64,000 nucleotides of DNA from Myxococcota bacterium (GTDB lineage Bacteria > Myxococcota_A > UBA796 > SXON01), in NCBI GenBank assembly GCA_040386535.1, contig JAZKFH010000032.1:32001-96000 (forward strand), given 5' to 3'. Below the pieces are notes generated by a model, which made no database searches, was not told the DNA's origin, and saw nothing but the letters and a program-made list of their open reading frames with translations. The translations under genes were made by a program, and so were the position numbers. Within the stretch, counting starts at the first letter, position 1. Every line of letters starts with the position of its first letter. This document shows positions 29,406-39,822 of the stretch, one piece after another.

Positions 29406-29731
29406 CCTGGCCCCCCCTCCGCTCGGAACGAGGCGGCCGTCCCGTCGCGACGGCACTCGGAGCGACCGATCCCGCGGGCATCGTGGCCGCCTGCCTCGCG
29501 CGGGTGCCGCTCTCCGCCACGATCGAGGTGGCGGACGCTCCATCGCGCGCGCGGCCCGCGGCCCGTGGGCGCTACGCGGCCGGCCTCATCACCTTGTTTC
29601 CGGCTGCGTTCGCCGACCCGCTCACGCTCGCCTGGACTGTACTCCACGAACTCGGTCACGCCGCCGGGCTGGACGAGGCGGGCGCCGAGCACCTCGCGGC
29701 CTCGCATCTGGGGATCGCATGCTCGCCTTGA
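29402..29731 (+). CDS. Minimal zincin-like HExxH protein
   Basis: GTG 29402 in a GTGA overlap; GRY...ITLF...TVLHELGHAAGLDE; fills the gap in the operon. Confidence 0.62.
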   Translation: MTWPPLRSERGGRPVATALGATDPAGIVAACLARVPLSATIEVADAPSRARPAARGRYAAGLITLFPAAFADPLTLAWTVLHELGHAAGLDEAGAEHLAASHLGIACSP

Positions 29732-30624
29732 TGCTGCTGGCCACGCAGGCGCACGCGCAGGCATGCATCTGCTCGCGCAACGTGGCGCTCCCGACGGGGG
29801 TGGCGGTCCGGCCCTGGGAGGGAACGTTCACGGTCGAGTACGCCGTCAATCAGAGCGGCGGGGAGGGATGGTCCGGCTTCTCGACCGTCGATCGCGGTGG
29901 CAACAGCATGGCGGCGATGGCCATGCCCGGGCACCTGGTGCAGACGCCGAGCCTGACTGCCGCCCTCGGCCTCCCGGCGAGCTTCTCGGTCGAGGCGACG
30001 CTCCCTTGGATGGACATCCGGCACCTCTACCCGTCCGAGATGCCCGGAGACGTGGACTCGTCCTCGCTGGCCGACACGACCGTGCTCGTTCGCTGGGGTC
30101 GCCCGTCCAAGGACAAGCGGACGTTCTTCGGTGTCGGGGCCGGTGTCTCCCTCCCCACTGGGAAGGTGGTGGTCGACACACCCGTGCGCGCAGGGAAGGG
30201 CGCCGTGGGCGGCATCGTGAACGTGCAGGTCCTTCGGAAGGTGTCTCCGCTCGTGGGCGTCGGCCTGTCCGCGGGCGCGAGCCCCACGATCTTCGAGCCC
30301 GTCGACCGCTACCGGGTCGGGTCCAGCGCGAGCGTGGCCGCCGGCGTCCGCTTCACACCGCGGGAGAACGGACGGTGGATGTTCAGCGGGTACCTGATCG
30401 GACAGTTCCGGGACAAGGATCGCGAGGAGGCCCTCGTGTACGAGCACACCGGCGTCCTGAGCGCCGGGGTTTCCCTCGGCGCGAGCTGGAATGTGTGGGC
30501 GAAGGATCTTCGCTCGGTGACCCTCCTCGCGCGGGGCGAGGTGCCGCTCTGGCAGATCGTCGGCGATCCCTGGTTGGCCGAGAACTGGGGGGCGACGGCG
30601 GGGGTGAATGTGGTGGCGTTCTGA
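29719..30624 (+). CDS. Putative outer-membrane beta-barrel with N-terminal CxC and Met-rich loop
   Basis: Signal peptide then ACIC; MAAMAMPGH; GVSLPTG; alternating beta pattern; C-terminal Phe. Confidence 0.68.
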   Translation: MLALMLLATQAHAQACICSRNVALPTGVAVRPWEGTFTVEYAVNQSGGEGWSGFSTVDRGGNSMAAMAMPGHLVQTPSLTAALGLPASFSVEATLPWMDIRHLYPSEMPGDVDSSSLADTTVLVRWGRPSKDKRTFFGVGAGVSLPTGKVVVDTPVRAGKGAVGGIVNVQVLRKVSPLVGVGLSAGASPTIFEPVDRYRVGSSASVAAGVRFTPRENGRWMFSGYLIGQFRDKDREEALVYEHTGVLSAGVSLGASWNVWAKDLRSVTLLARGEVPLWQIVGDPWLAENWGATAGVNVVAF

Positions 30625-30669
30625 CGGTGGTGTGCCAGCGTTCCCGCCGTCCCAGAAGCTGAGCTCACC

Positions 30670-33600
30670 TTACCCGTCGCCGCCAACGCGCATCCACGCT
30701 CTCATACCCGCGTCCAGCCTCACATCAAGGGCATCGCAAAGCAAGAGGAGGGTGTGGCGGAGCCGGTGTTCCGCAGGCCCGCCCGCTACTCGCTGGAGTT
30801 CGGCAGAAACCAACCCCGGGCTTCGGATTGCAAAGGGGCAGCGCCGAACAAAATCAGCCCAGTAGCTTACGAAGTGTGGCTCGATGGCCAACCGGTAACA
30901 GTGCCTGAGCTCGCCGGCCATCCTCTCAACCGCCCGCGCGAACCGGACCTGGTGCACGAGCCGCGCTCGGGGTTGTTCTCCAAACTCCTCCCTACACAGC
31001 AGCAAATGGGCAACGGCCCACCGCGAAGGGTCTACGCCAGCCGGAAACGCAGCCGCGTTGGCCTCGAGGACCTTTCTCGCTGCAGATGCCGGCTGCGCCG
31101 CCCCAGCGAGTAGCTCTTCAACGTCATGAGCCAGCTCGTCGGGACCGACAAGTCGCTGGAGCTGCGCATAAAATTTAGACAGTTCCTCAGCAGCCGCCGA
31201 GAAACGATCGGACGCCGAGAGTAGGAGCGCCACTGCGACCGGGAAGATGGCAACCCGAGATAGCCATTGGACATGTGCTCCCCTGCGATCCGCCTCCAGG
31301 CTGTCGGCTGTTGGTACTGGCCCCGGTGCCCAGAACCCGTCGCCACTTCGCTCTCGTCTTCGAACCTCCTCCAGCGCAAGGATGCTCCGCTGAAGGCCGA
31401 CCAGCCCGCCCAAGGCGTCCCCCTCCACAAATCGCTGTGTTGCGAGCAACTGCTCAACCTGGGCCCCCATGTGGCCCAAGCCAGCCTCGGCCGCAAGTTC
31501 ACGAGCACGATGAGCCCAGACCAGACCTCGAGGAACGTCGTCGGCCGCAAGCGCGAATCCCATGAGTTGCATGGGGAGTAGGGCGGTGACTCGTTCCTGG
31601 AACAGTGAAGGACGCCCCTTTACCCATGTGAAGAACATACCCTGTCGGGGGGGAGCGTAGCTCTCGCCGTCAACGGTGCGCGGCGGCGGACTCCCTGTGA
31701 TGGCGAGCGACGTGAGGTATCCACTCACGTGCCCGAAGACGACGAAGCGATCCCGCCACCGGAGATCTCGCCGTTGCTGGGACAGGAGGACTTCCGCCGC
31801 CTCGTCCATTGCTGGCCAGGCGCCGATCGCGCCGCCGTCGCGCCACTTGGCGATCGCAAGTTCGCCAAGGGCTGACACAAGCTCCAATGGAGGAATCCAT
31901 GGTGGACCGTTCCGAGCGAGCGCGACGGCAGTGGAAGCCGCTCCGACGGCCTTGGCCAAGTCCAACTGACCGTACCCTATGACCAAAGCGCTCAGAGCTT
32001 GGAAACGATCAAGCGCCAGAGGGGGCGCCCCCGGGTACTCCTGCAGGGCTCGCTCAAGCCGCTGAACACCTTCGGTTGCACGGTCTGCGTATACGAGCTG
32101 CCTTCCGACCATGTCTTCGACGATCGCATGCGCCGCCCCCGGAGCGAGTTCAGCCAAGGCCTCGTCACCAAGGGACACCGCACCCTCGACGTCGAAAAGC
32201 TGCTCCGCCCGAACGGTGATCTGGCCGGAAATGGCACAGGCGGTGAGTACTGGCAGCCGGAGGCGGCGACCGGCTGTGGCAAGGGAATCCAGCGCGGCCT
32301 GGATCGGTGCCCAGGCGCGCTCCGAAGCCGGCCGCTCCAACTCCTCCGACCAGAGGCGATTGACAGTCCCTCTCGCAAGTATGGCAAACTCGCCCTCGCC
32401 CGCCCACTTCGCGCGCACCGAATCTGGTAGCAACGCCAGCAAATCCACCCAGGAGTTGACGTGTTCGGGTCGTGTGACGTGGGCCATGTGTAGCCGAACA
32501 CATAGCTCCAGGGAGCGCAGCTGCTCCAACGTGCCGACAGCGCCGGCGGCGCCGCTGGCGAGGAGACGCGCACCCTCGTTCGGGTCGACTGTCGAGACTG
32601 CTTCATGGGCAACCAACGCCGCCCCGAGGAGCGCCCATCCGGCAGCGCCCCTCGCGACCTCTGCGCGAAGCGCACCGATGGCCTTCTCAGGGACAACGCC
32701 TCGCGCGTGTTCAACCCTCACCTGCATCGCCCGAACCAGAATCCGTACGTCCGGCCGCATCCTTACAGGCAACCCATTGGGCCAACGCGACGACAAGCCA
32801 GGGTCAAGAGCGACAGCTCCGTCCGAGACCAGGGCGTTGAGGTACTGGACGAGCACGACCCCAGCGGAATCCGCGTCATCGCTGCTTTCGAAATGGTGCA
32901 TCACCCAGCCGGCCTGAATCGGCGTGAGCGAGCCGCGGCCCAGATACCTCCTCGCGAGCGTCTGATGCACTCCGTTCCTCGTCGCTTCCTGTAGCTCGGC
33001 AGGACCAAAAGGTTCCACTGCGGGAGAAACAGACCAGCGCGAGTCACCTTCCATCTCAAGCCAGAGGCCATCAAGCTGTGATTGCAAGGCGCCGGCATGC
33101 CGAACAATCGGTTCCACGAGTGCTATTTCCCGCACGTCCTCGTGGCTGAACGGCGTGCGCGGAATGCATAGACGAAACAGGAGTTCCCTGGCGACGGGGT
33201 CCGCCACTGTGCCCGTCACCTGGCGGAGCACGAAGGCGCGCTGGCGCGCGTCCTCGCCTGGGGCGAAAATTGCCTTCATCGATGCCAGGTCAAACGTCCA
33301 TCCTTGCGACGCAAGCACCGAGATACACTGATTGAGACGCTCGGGGTGCCCGTCGGTGACGGCGAGCAAGTGCGTCAGGAGCACGCCGTTCGCGAGAACT
33401 TCAGCCGGCGCCGCACGGGCGTGCAGGAGCGTCCGAGCATCCTCGGAGGTAAACCTGGGCGCGCGAACCTCGAACGCCGCCTCGCCCTCAATCACGCTGG
33501 CAGGCAAACGAAGCGTGCCCGTGGTCACAAGGCGCGCCCCTGGCTGGAGGCTGCGGACAAGCTCCGATACCAATGCCGCGAAGTCCGAGACCACGTCCGG

Positions 33601-35028
33601 GATGTCGTCGAGGACCAGTACTGCGTCGTTGCCAAGGAGGCGTGCCATTGTGCTGGCAGGGCTCTCCCCACCTGCGGCCTCTGACCACGTCGCCGACCGA
33701 AAGGAGAGCACCGGGTCGGCAGCACCGCGGAGGCGTAGCCAGAGCACCCTTGTGCCGTCCATCGTGGCAACCCGGCGTGCGAGGTTGGTCTTCCCCGTTC
33801 GAATGGAGCCCCAGAGGTGAAGCCACGGATTCGTCGCAAGGGCCTGGCCGATTGCCTGCTCTGCAATCGGTCGTGGTACAACCAACGGACTTTCCGCAGG
33901 TGGGTCCAGGGACGGCGGTGGAGCCGTTCGCAACGCAGGGCCAAGTCGCAGGAGGAGGCGGCCAACCGCGTGCCGTGAGGCAATCTCCGCCTGTTTCAAA
34001 TCGGCTGAAGAGGAGGGAGCCGCTACTTCGGGCGAGTCACCGGGCGAAACGAGCGCGGCAAGGATGGCGATCAGGTGGTCGTGATCGCCGATCCGTTGTT
34101 CGTGAAGGTCGATCCGTTCCTCGATCCGTGCAACGCGGAGCTCGAGGTGTTGGAGGCGGGTTCGGATCGTTGCGGCAGCCGCGCGATCGGCCTGAAGATC
34201 ACTCCGCTGCACCCGAAGTGTGAGGTCGGCGGAGTCAACCTCACGATCTCCGTCCCCGGACAGCAGGCGGAACACGTGCACGAACAGAGAGTCGTAGGCA
34301 AGCTCGGCGGCGCTCGAGTCGGCGCAAAGGCCTCGTTCAACAAGGCGGCGACGAGACCCCTCTGCCAGCTCCTTGGAGTCCTTTGCGTCCAGGTTCCACC
34401 GCAGGCCGCGAAGGAGCGGCACCACCCCCACGACCGGGTCAGCCTCCAAGAGCGCGCGGAAGACCTTCCAGTCTTCGTCGCTCACGCCCTTCTTCGGCTG
34501 CTCGGCCGACGCGAGCAGGCCCTGAATCGTCGCAAGGTCCGCCGCGTCCTCGGTCAAATCCGCGCCTTCGCCACCCAGTTCATTCCACCGTAGCAGCGCT
34601 CGCCTCGGCGGCGAGAACGGATTCGGGCGCTCTTGCCCGGCCTGCGCGGTCGTCAGGAAGTTCATGTGTACGTGCACATTCGGATTACGATGCCGATGCC
34701 CCGCAAGGTGCGCAACCGCCGAGATCGCCGACACGCTGCGGAGTGTAATCGTTCCGCTCAGCCGCTTGACCTGCGTGACCAACCGGTCCTCATCAAATGC
34801 CACGCCCGAGAGGGCGGGCGCAATGACATCGATGTCCTCACCGCCTTCAAGAAACAGCCTCTGGTCGTCAGCGAGCTGGAGCCAGTGATGGATCGTCTGG
34901 TCGACTTGGTAGCAAAAACCGGCAATCGTCGCGACAGCCTCTCGCTCCTCCTCAGTTCGGAAGCCGGGCGGTTGCATCGCTTCGGGCAGGTCGGCCATTC
35001 GGACCGTAGTAGCCGAGCGTCCGCCCAT
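30670..35028 (-). CDS. Nuclease-STAND ATPase-TPR-like protein (NLR/Avs-like, putative anti-phage)
   Basis: N-terminal A...I.GF.YQ..E..ED.D..QVK (Cap4/DUF4297-like), coiled coil, GSIRTGKT, VLVLDD, GHP, long helical tail; start may be 34998. Confidence 0.75.
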   Translation of the reverse strand: MGGRSATTVRMADLPEAMQPPGFRTEEEREAVATIAGFCYQVDQTIHHWLQLADDQRLFLEGGEDIDVIAPALSGVAFDEDRLVTQVKRLSGTITLRSVSAISAVAHLAGHRHRNPNVHVHMNFLTTAQAGQERPNPFSPPRRALLRWNELGGEGADLTEDAADLATIQGLLASAEQPKKGVSDEDWKVFRALLEADPVVGVVPLLRGLRWNLDAKDSKELAEGSRRRLVERGLCADSSAAELAYDSLFVHVFRLLSGDGDREVDSADLTLRVQRSDLQADRAAAATIRTRLQHLELRVARIEERIDLHEQRIGDHDHLIAILAALVSPGDSPEVAAPSSSADLKQAEIASRHAVGRLLLRLGPALRTAPPPSLDPPAESPLVVPRPIAEQAIGQALATNPWLHLWGSIRTGKTNLARRVATMDGTRVLWLRLRGAADPVLSFRSATWSEAAGGESPASTMARLLGNDAVLVLDDIPDVVSDFAALVSELVRSLQPGARLVTTGTLRLPASVIEGEAAFEVRAPRFTSEDARTLLHARAAPAEVLANGVLLTHLLAVTDGHPERLNQCISVLASQGWTFDLASMKAIFAPGEDARQRAFVLRQVTGTVADPVARELLFRLCIPRTPFSHEDVREIALVEPIVRHAGALQSQLDGLWLEMEGDSRWSVSPAVEPFGPAELQEATRNGVHQTLARRYLGRGSLTPIQAGWVMHHFESSDDADSAGVVLVQYLNALVSDGAVALDPGLSSRWPNGLPVRMRPDVRILVRAMQVRVEHARGVVPEKAIGALRAEVARGAAGWALLGAALVAHEAVSTVDPNEGARLLASGAAGAVGTLEQLRSLELCVRLHMAHVTRPEHVNSWVDLLALLPDSVRAKWAGEGEFAILARGTVNRLWSEELERPASERAWAPIQAALDSLATAGRRLRLPVLTACAISGQITVRAEQLFDVEGAVSLGDEALAELAPGAAHAIVEDMVGRQLVYADRATEGVQRLERALQEYPGAPPLALDRFQALSALVIGYGQLDLAKAVGAASTAVALARNGPPWIPPLELVSALGELAIAKWRDGGAIGAWPAMDEAAEVLLSQQRRDLRWRDRFVVFGHVSGYLTSLAITGSPPPRTVDGESYAPPRQGMFFTWVKGRPSLFQERVTALLPMQLMGFALAADDVPRGLVWAHRARELAAEAGLGHMGAQVEQLLATQRFVEGDALGGLVGLQRSILALEEVRRRERSGDGFWAPGPVPTADSLEADRRGAHVQWLSRVAIFPVAVALLLSASDRFSAAAEELSKFYAQLQRLVGPDELAHDVEELLAGAAQPASAARKVLEANAAAFPAGVDPSRWAVAHLLLCREEFGEQPRARLVHQVRFARAVERMAGELRHCYRLAIEPHFVSYWADFVRRCPFAIRSPGLVSAELQRVAGGPAEHRLRHTLLLLCDALDVRLDAGMRAWMRVGGDG

Positions 35029-35102
35029 GGTCCAGCGTGGTACCGGTCCGCATCCTGCCGCCGCCGCGCGTCGCGGCGGGGAACGTGTACCGGCAGCCCA
35101 AG

Positions 35103-36278
35103 CTACCGCCCCACCTCATACCCCAACCGCTCGATCCGCTCCTCCACATCTGCGAGCACACCGAACCCCTCTCCCCACGAGAGCTCGACCAGCCCCTCCC
35201 GGAGCTCGACCCGAACCCGCGTGACACCGGGCATCGCCCCGACATGCCGTGTCACCTTTCCGACGCACGCGTCACAGGTCATGCCGCGCACCCGGAGCAA
35301 GGCGCCGCCCGCCACCGCTGCGACGGGATCCGTGTTCGACGCTAGGTGGGTCCGCGTCTCCGGAAGCGGCGGGCGCACCGCCTCCTCCGAGCCGCCCACC
35401 GCGAGCCGATACCGCCCACGCACGACCAGCGCCCAACTCACCAGCACGAGCATGCCACCGGCCACGACCGTGATCACGACGGCGTTCATCCCCATCACCG
35501 CCATCATCCCGCCGATCATGCCGGAGGGCATCCCGCCCATCATGCCGGCCATCAGCGCCATCGCGGCGACCATCACGGGGTTGTCGTGGTCCGGGTGGCC
35601 CCGGTGCTCGTCGAGCAGCCCGGCGAGCCAGCCGCCGAGGAGGCCGCCGAGCATCGTCCCGAACATCCCGTACATCATCGGCGCCATCATCACGGGGTGG
35701 CCGAGGTTCTGGCCGCCCATCAGCGCGGCCATGACGAACGTCAGGACAAGGAGCAGCACCACCGAGACCGTCAGGAGGATCGCGAGCCGGTCCCGCATCC
35801 GGAGCGGCTGTTGCTCCCCGGCCAAGGGGAGACCGTTCGGCCCGCAGACCCGGCCGCGTTCGTCGAGGTGGGGGAGCCGGATCATCACGAGCGGGCGCCA
35901 CCATCCCACGAGCGCGTGGAGCGCGGTGAGGCCGACCGCGCCGACCCACAGGGGCAACCAGGGGACCTGGAGCGCGAGCCCGGTCAGGGCCGTCCCCACG
36001 AGCCCCGCGGAGAGCGTACCCAGGATCGAGCCCATCGACGAGGTGACGCCCATGTCGAGGTCGCTGCAGCAGTCCTCCTCCATCGCAGCGCCCAGCCAAC
36101 CTCCGACGCGCGCCCCAACGAGGCACGCCCAGGCGCCGTAGAACACGAGCTGCAGGAGCACCATGTCCATGGGGCTCTTCTCGAAGAGGAACCCGGTGAG
36201 GCCCGCGCCCCCGAGTGACACCGCCGATGCCACGAAGAACGTGTCACGGGCCACACGTCGAGTTGTGAGGTGCTGCAT
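35103..36278 (-). CDS. Met/Gly-rich polytopic membrane protein with C-terminal HMA domain
   Basis: About 8 hydrophobic segments; MAGMMGGMPSGMIGGMMAVMGM; EEDCC and EHRGHPDHD loops; GMTCDAC. Confidence 0.85.
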   Translation of the reverse strand: MQHLTTRRVARDTFFVASAVSLGGAGLTGFLFEKSPMDMVLLQLVFYGAWACLVGARVGGWLGAAMEEDCCSDLDMGVTSSMGSILGTLSAGLVGTALTGLALQVPWLPLWVGAVGLTALHALVGWWRPLVMIRLPHLDERGRVCGPNGLPLAGEQQPLRMRDRLAILLTVSVVLLLVLTFVMAALMGGQNLGHPVMMAPMMYGMFGTMLGGLLGGWLAGLLDEHRGHPDHDNPVMVAAMALMAGMMGGMPSGMIGGMMAVMGMNAVVITVVAGGMLVLVSWALVVRGRYRLAVGGSEEAVRPPLPETRTHLASNTDPVAAVAGGALLRVRGMTCDACVGKVTRHVGAMPGVTRVRVELREGLVELSWGEGFGVLADVEERIERLGYEVGR

Positions 36279-36281
36279 CGC

Positions 36282-39050
36282 CTACCTCGCGAGCGCGGGG
36301 GTGCCGACCGGCTCCGGGACGGGCGAGGGGGGCGGCACGAGGACCGGCGCGTCCGGAGTGGGCTCGAAGCCGCGCAGCCGGAGCGCGTTCGTGACAACCG
36401 ACACCGACGAGAGCGCCATCGCGGCGGACGCGATCATCGGTGAGAGGAGCCCGAGCGCCGCGACCGGGATGCCGACCGTGTTGTAGGCGAACGCCCAGAA
36501 CAGGTTCTGCTTGATGATGCGAATCGTGGCGGCCGAAAGCTCGATCGCGGTGGCGACCTTGGCGATGTCCCCCTTGATGAGGGTCAGGGACGCGGCCTCC
36601 ATCGCGACGTCCGTCCCGGTGCCGATCGCGAAGGACACGTCGGCGGCCGCGAGGGCTGGGGCGTCATTGATGCCGTCTCCCACCATGCCGACGACATGGC
36701 CCGCGGCCTGGAGCTTCTTGATGAGGGCGACCTTCTCACCCGGGGAGGCCTCGGCGAGTACGTGATCGATGCCGACGGCCGACGCGATCGCCTCGCCGGT
36801 GCGCTTGTTGTCGCCCGTGGCCATGATGAGCTTCACGCCCATCTTGTGCAGCCGGGCGACCGCGCCCTTCGAGGTGTCCTTCAACGTGTCGGCCACGCCG
36901 ATGACCGCGAGCGGCACACCATCCAGCGCCGCCAGGATCGCGGTGCGTCCTTGCGCCTCGATGGGTTCCGCCGCATCGGCGAGCGGCCCGATCGCGACCC
37001 CGTGGTCCCGCATCAGCCGCCGGTTCCCGACCAGGATTCGCATCGGCACCCCGTCCCGCTCGACGGTGGCGACGACGCCCTGGCCAGTCACCGACTCGAA
37101 CGCCGATGCCTCGAGAGACAGCGCGCCGAGCGCCTTCGCATGGGCGACGACGGCCTCGCCGAGCGGGTGCTCTGAGTACCGCTCCGCGGCCGCCAGAAGC
37201 GCGAGGACTTCGAGGTCGCCGCGGCCATCCAGGCGGACGAGATCGGTGACGGCGGGCTCACCCCGAGTGAGCGTTCCTGTCTTGTCGAAGACTAGCACGT
37301 CGATGTTCTGCGCCCTCTCCAGGGCCTCGGCGTTCCGGACGAGGATGCCGTGCTCGGCGGCTTTGCCGGTGCCGACCATGATCGCCGTGGGTGTCGCGAG
37401 ACCGAGCGCGCACGGACACGCGATCACGAGCACGGCAACCGTGGGGAGCAACGTCCCGGCCACACCGGCGCCAGCCACGGCCCACGCCACCGCGGTCACG
37501 CCTGCCACCGCGAGCACGCCCGGGACGAACCGCGCCGAGACCTGGTCCGCCATGCGCTGGATCGGCGCCTTGCTGCCCTGGGCGTCCTCCACCATGCGGA
37601 TGATCTGCGCGAGCGCCGTGTCCTCGCCGACGCGGGTGGCCTCGACCAGGAGCCGACCGTTGCGGTTGACCGTCGCACCGATGACCGCGTCTCCGGGGCC
37701 CCGGAGGACGGGTAGGCTCTCGCCGGTGATCATCGACTCGTCGACCGAGGAGCTCCCCTCCAGCACGCGCCCGTCGACGGGGATCCGCTCTCCCGGCCGC
37801 ACCACGACACGCTCGGTGACGAGGACCTCCTCGATCGGCACGTCGATCTCCGCCCCGGCACGCAGGACACGCGCGGTCTTCGGCTGGAGGCCGGCGAGCT
37901 TGCGGATCGCGTCGTTCGCCTGGGTCTTTGCGCGATCCTCCAGGTACTTCCCCAGCAGGATGAGCGTGACGATGATCGCCGCCACCTCGAAGTAGAACAT
38001 CATCCCGCCAGTCAGGAGCTCGTAGACGCTGTACGCGAACGCGGCGCCGGTCCCGATGGCGATCAGGGTGTCCATGTTGGCGGTCCCGCCGCGCGCGAGC
38101 TTCCACGCCACGGAGAAGAACTCCCGACCGGCCCAGAACACCACGGGCGTGGTGAGCGCGAGCTGCACCCACCCGACGCCCGGGAACATGACGTTGAACA
38201 TCGCGATGCCGAGCACGGGTACGGAGAGCACCGCCGCGCCGACCAGGCGGCGCCACAACGACTGGAGGCGCGACTGCTCCCGAGCGCGGATCTCGTCCGG
38301 ACGTTCGGTCCGAGCGATGGGATGGAGGTCGTAGCCCGCCGCCTGTACCGCCTTGACGAGCGCCACGTTGGTAGCGGTGCCCTTCACGGAGGCCTTGTGG
38401 GTCGCGAGGTTGACCGTAGCCGTCGTGACACCCGGCACTCGCGCGAGCGCCTTCTCGACGCGCGACACGCACGAAGCACACGTCATCCCTTCCACCCGGA
38501 ACGCGCGGTCCTCGGCACGGGAGGGCCGTGGGTCCACCGGCTTGTACCCCGCCTTCTCGATGGCCTCGAAGAGCGCTCCCCAGGTCGCCTCGCCCTCCAC
38601 GGTGGCCTTGGCGGTGGCGAGGTTCACGGTCGCCGTCGTGACGCCGGGCACCTTCGCGAGCACCTTCTCGATTCGCGCCGAACACGACGCACAGGTCATG
38701 CCCTCGACAGGGAACGTGACCTTGCCCGGGATGCGCTCGTCGAGCGCCGGGGTGGTCTCCAGGAAGGACACGGCATCGGCGAGCTTCGCCCGGAATCGCG
38801 ACAGGAGGCGGGAGAACTCCCCCAGCAGCGCGGTCACGCGCGTAAACAGGTGCTCGCGGGCCCCCACGTCGGGGTCGAAGCGCACGATGAGAGAGCCCGT
38901 GGCGTCGCTCGCGGAGACGGCGAGCACCCCCCGCTCGTCCACCAGCGCCTCGCAGAGGGCGCGGCAGGCGTCCGCCGAACCGCGGAGCAGCGGGATCCGC
39001 AGCCGCACCCGCGTGGAGAGGGCGTGTTCGACGGTGAAGGAGGCGTCCAT
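36282..39050 (-). CDS. copA: Cu(I)-type P1B-1 ATPase with N-terminal HMA2-like domain and two CxxC HMA domains
   Basis: GMTCASC twice, TGES, CPC, DKTGT, SEHP, GDGIND, YN, MALSS; N-terminus [13 protein letters not shown]. Confidence 0.93.
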   Translation of the reverse strand: MDASFTVEHALSTRVRLRIPLLRGSADACRALCEALVDERGVLAVSASDATGSLIVRFDPDVGAREHLFTRVTALLGEFSRLLSRFRAKLADAVSFLETTPALDERIPGKVTFPVEGMTCASCSARIEKVLAKVPGVTTATVNLATAKATVEGEATWGALFEAIEKAGYKPVDPRPSRAEDRAFRVEGMTCASCVSRVEKALARVPGVTTATVNLATHKASVKGTATNVALVKAVQAAGYDLHPIARTERPDEIRAREQSRLQSLWRRLVGAAVLSVPVLGIAMFNVMFPGVGWVQLALTTPVVFWAGREFFSVAWKLARGGTANMDTLIAIGTGAAFAYSVYELLTGGMMFYFEVAAIIVTLILLGKYLEDRAKTQANDAIRKLAGLQPKTARVLRAGAEIDVPIEEVLVTERVVVRPGERIPVDGRVLEGSSSVDESMITGESLPVLRGPGDAVIGATVNRNGRLLVEATRVGEDTALAQIIRMVEDAQGSKAPIQRMADQVSARFVPGVLAVAGVTAVAWAVAGAGVAGTLLPTVAVLVIACPCALGLATPTAIMVGTGKAAEHGILVRNAEALERAQNIDVLVFDKTGTLTRGEPAVTDLVRLDGRGDLEVLALLAAAERYSEHPLGEAVVAHAKALGALSLEASAFESVTGQGVVATVERDGVPMRILVGNRRLMRDHGVAIGPLADAAEPIEAQGRTAILAALDGVPLAVIGVADTLKDTSKGAVARLHKMGVKLIMATGDNKRTGEAIASAVGIDHVLAEASPGEKVALIKKLQAAGHVVGMVGDGINDAPALAAADVSFAIGTGTDVAMEAASLTLIKGDIAKVATAIELSAATIRIIKQNLFWAFAYNTVGIPVAALGLLSPMIASAAMALSSVSVVTNALRLRGFEPTPDAPVLVPPPSPVPEPVGTPALAR

Positions 39051-39057
39051 GCGTTCC

Positions 39058-39561
39058 TCAGGTCGAGAGTTGCGGGATGGCCCGGATCTGGCGCCGGTGT
39101 GTCCAGACGCCGAAGCCGAGGAGGCCCCAGCCCCACCAGTAGCGGAGGGGCGCGCGGAGCCAGGAGCGGATCACCCACAGGTGGATCCAGACGAGCGCGA
39201 GCAGATACGCGGCCTGGACCACCTTGCCGAAGAGCCGCTCGCGGCGGGCCTTCTCCTGCTCGGCGAGCGCGTCCCGGAAGGGCAGGATCTCCATCTTCGG
39301 GACCTGGGGCGTGGCCTGCCGGTCGACCTCGAGGAGCGCCGGCCGGTCGTCAGTGAGCCAGGGGTCGTAGAAGACGGAGAGCCGGGCGCGGGTCCGGTCC
39401 ACGACGACGCGCCGCACTCCCTTCAGGGCGAGGAGCGCCTTCTCCAAGCGCGTCGCGAGCGCGGCGACGTAGAGCAACGGAGGGATGTGCAGTCGTAGAT
39501 AGCCAGCTTCGCGCCGTAGGACGAGAATCTCCCTCGTCTCGGCGGGAACGAGCGCCGTCAT
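39058..39561 (-). CDS. HMA2-like domain plus two TM helices (FezC-like architecture)
   Basis: GYLRLHIP...[20 protein letters not shown], an HMA-like fold lacking CxxC; Trp-rich C-terminal TMs; ATGA overlap. Confidence 0.72.
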   Translation of the reverse strand: MTALVPAETREILVLRREAGYLRLHIPPLLYVAALATRLEKALLALKGVRRVVVDRTRARLSVFYDPWLTDDRPALLEVDRQATPQVPKMEILPFRDALAEQEKARRERLFGKVVQAAYLLALVWIHLWVIRSWLRAPLRYWWGWGLLGFGVWTHRRQIRAIPQLST

Positions 39562-39806
39562 GTCGACTCCCGGGAAGGCGGCCGCGGAGGCTCCTGCGAG
39601 AGCGCCTCCGTCAGGGCGACGGGCTTCTGATCCGGGACGATCTCGCGCAACGCGTCGCTGGCGCGGAGCGCACGTCGGACCACGCCCTTCACCAGCCAGC
39701 GGCCCACCTGATCCTGGGGGATGCCCCGCTTCTGCGCGACGTAGCCAACGGCCACCCCCGCGCCAAACAGCCCGACGGTGACACTCCCGACCCATTTCCA
39801 GTTCAT
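39558..39806 (-). CDS. Small membrane protein with N-terminal GxxxG helix
   Basis: MNWKWVGSVTVGLFGAGVAVGYVA followed by a basic amphipathic helix; GGAG RBS. Confidence 0.7.
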   Translation of the reverse strand: MNWKWVGSVTVGLFGAGVAVGYVAQKRGIPQDQVGRWLVKGVVRRALRASDALREIVPDQKPVALTEALSQEPPRPPSREST

Positions 39807-39822
39807 CGATGGCTCCGGTGGT

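Noticed and set aside
36282..39050. Calling the ATPase FezB (a true iron ferrosome)
   Set aside because: It has CPC, YN, MxxSS and CxxC HMA domains of the Cu(I) P1B-1 class, not P1B-6 features
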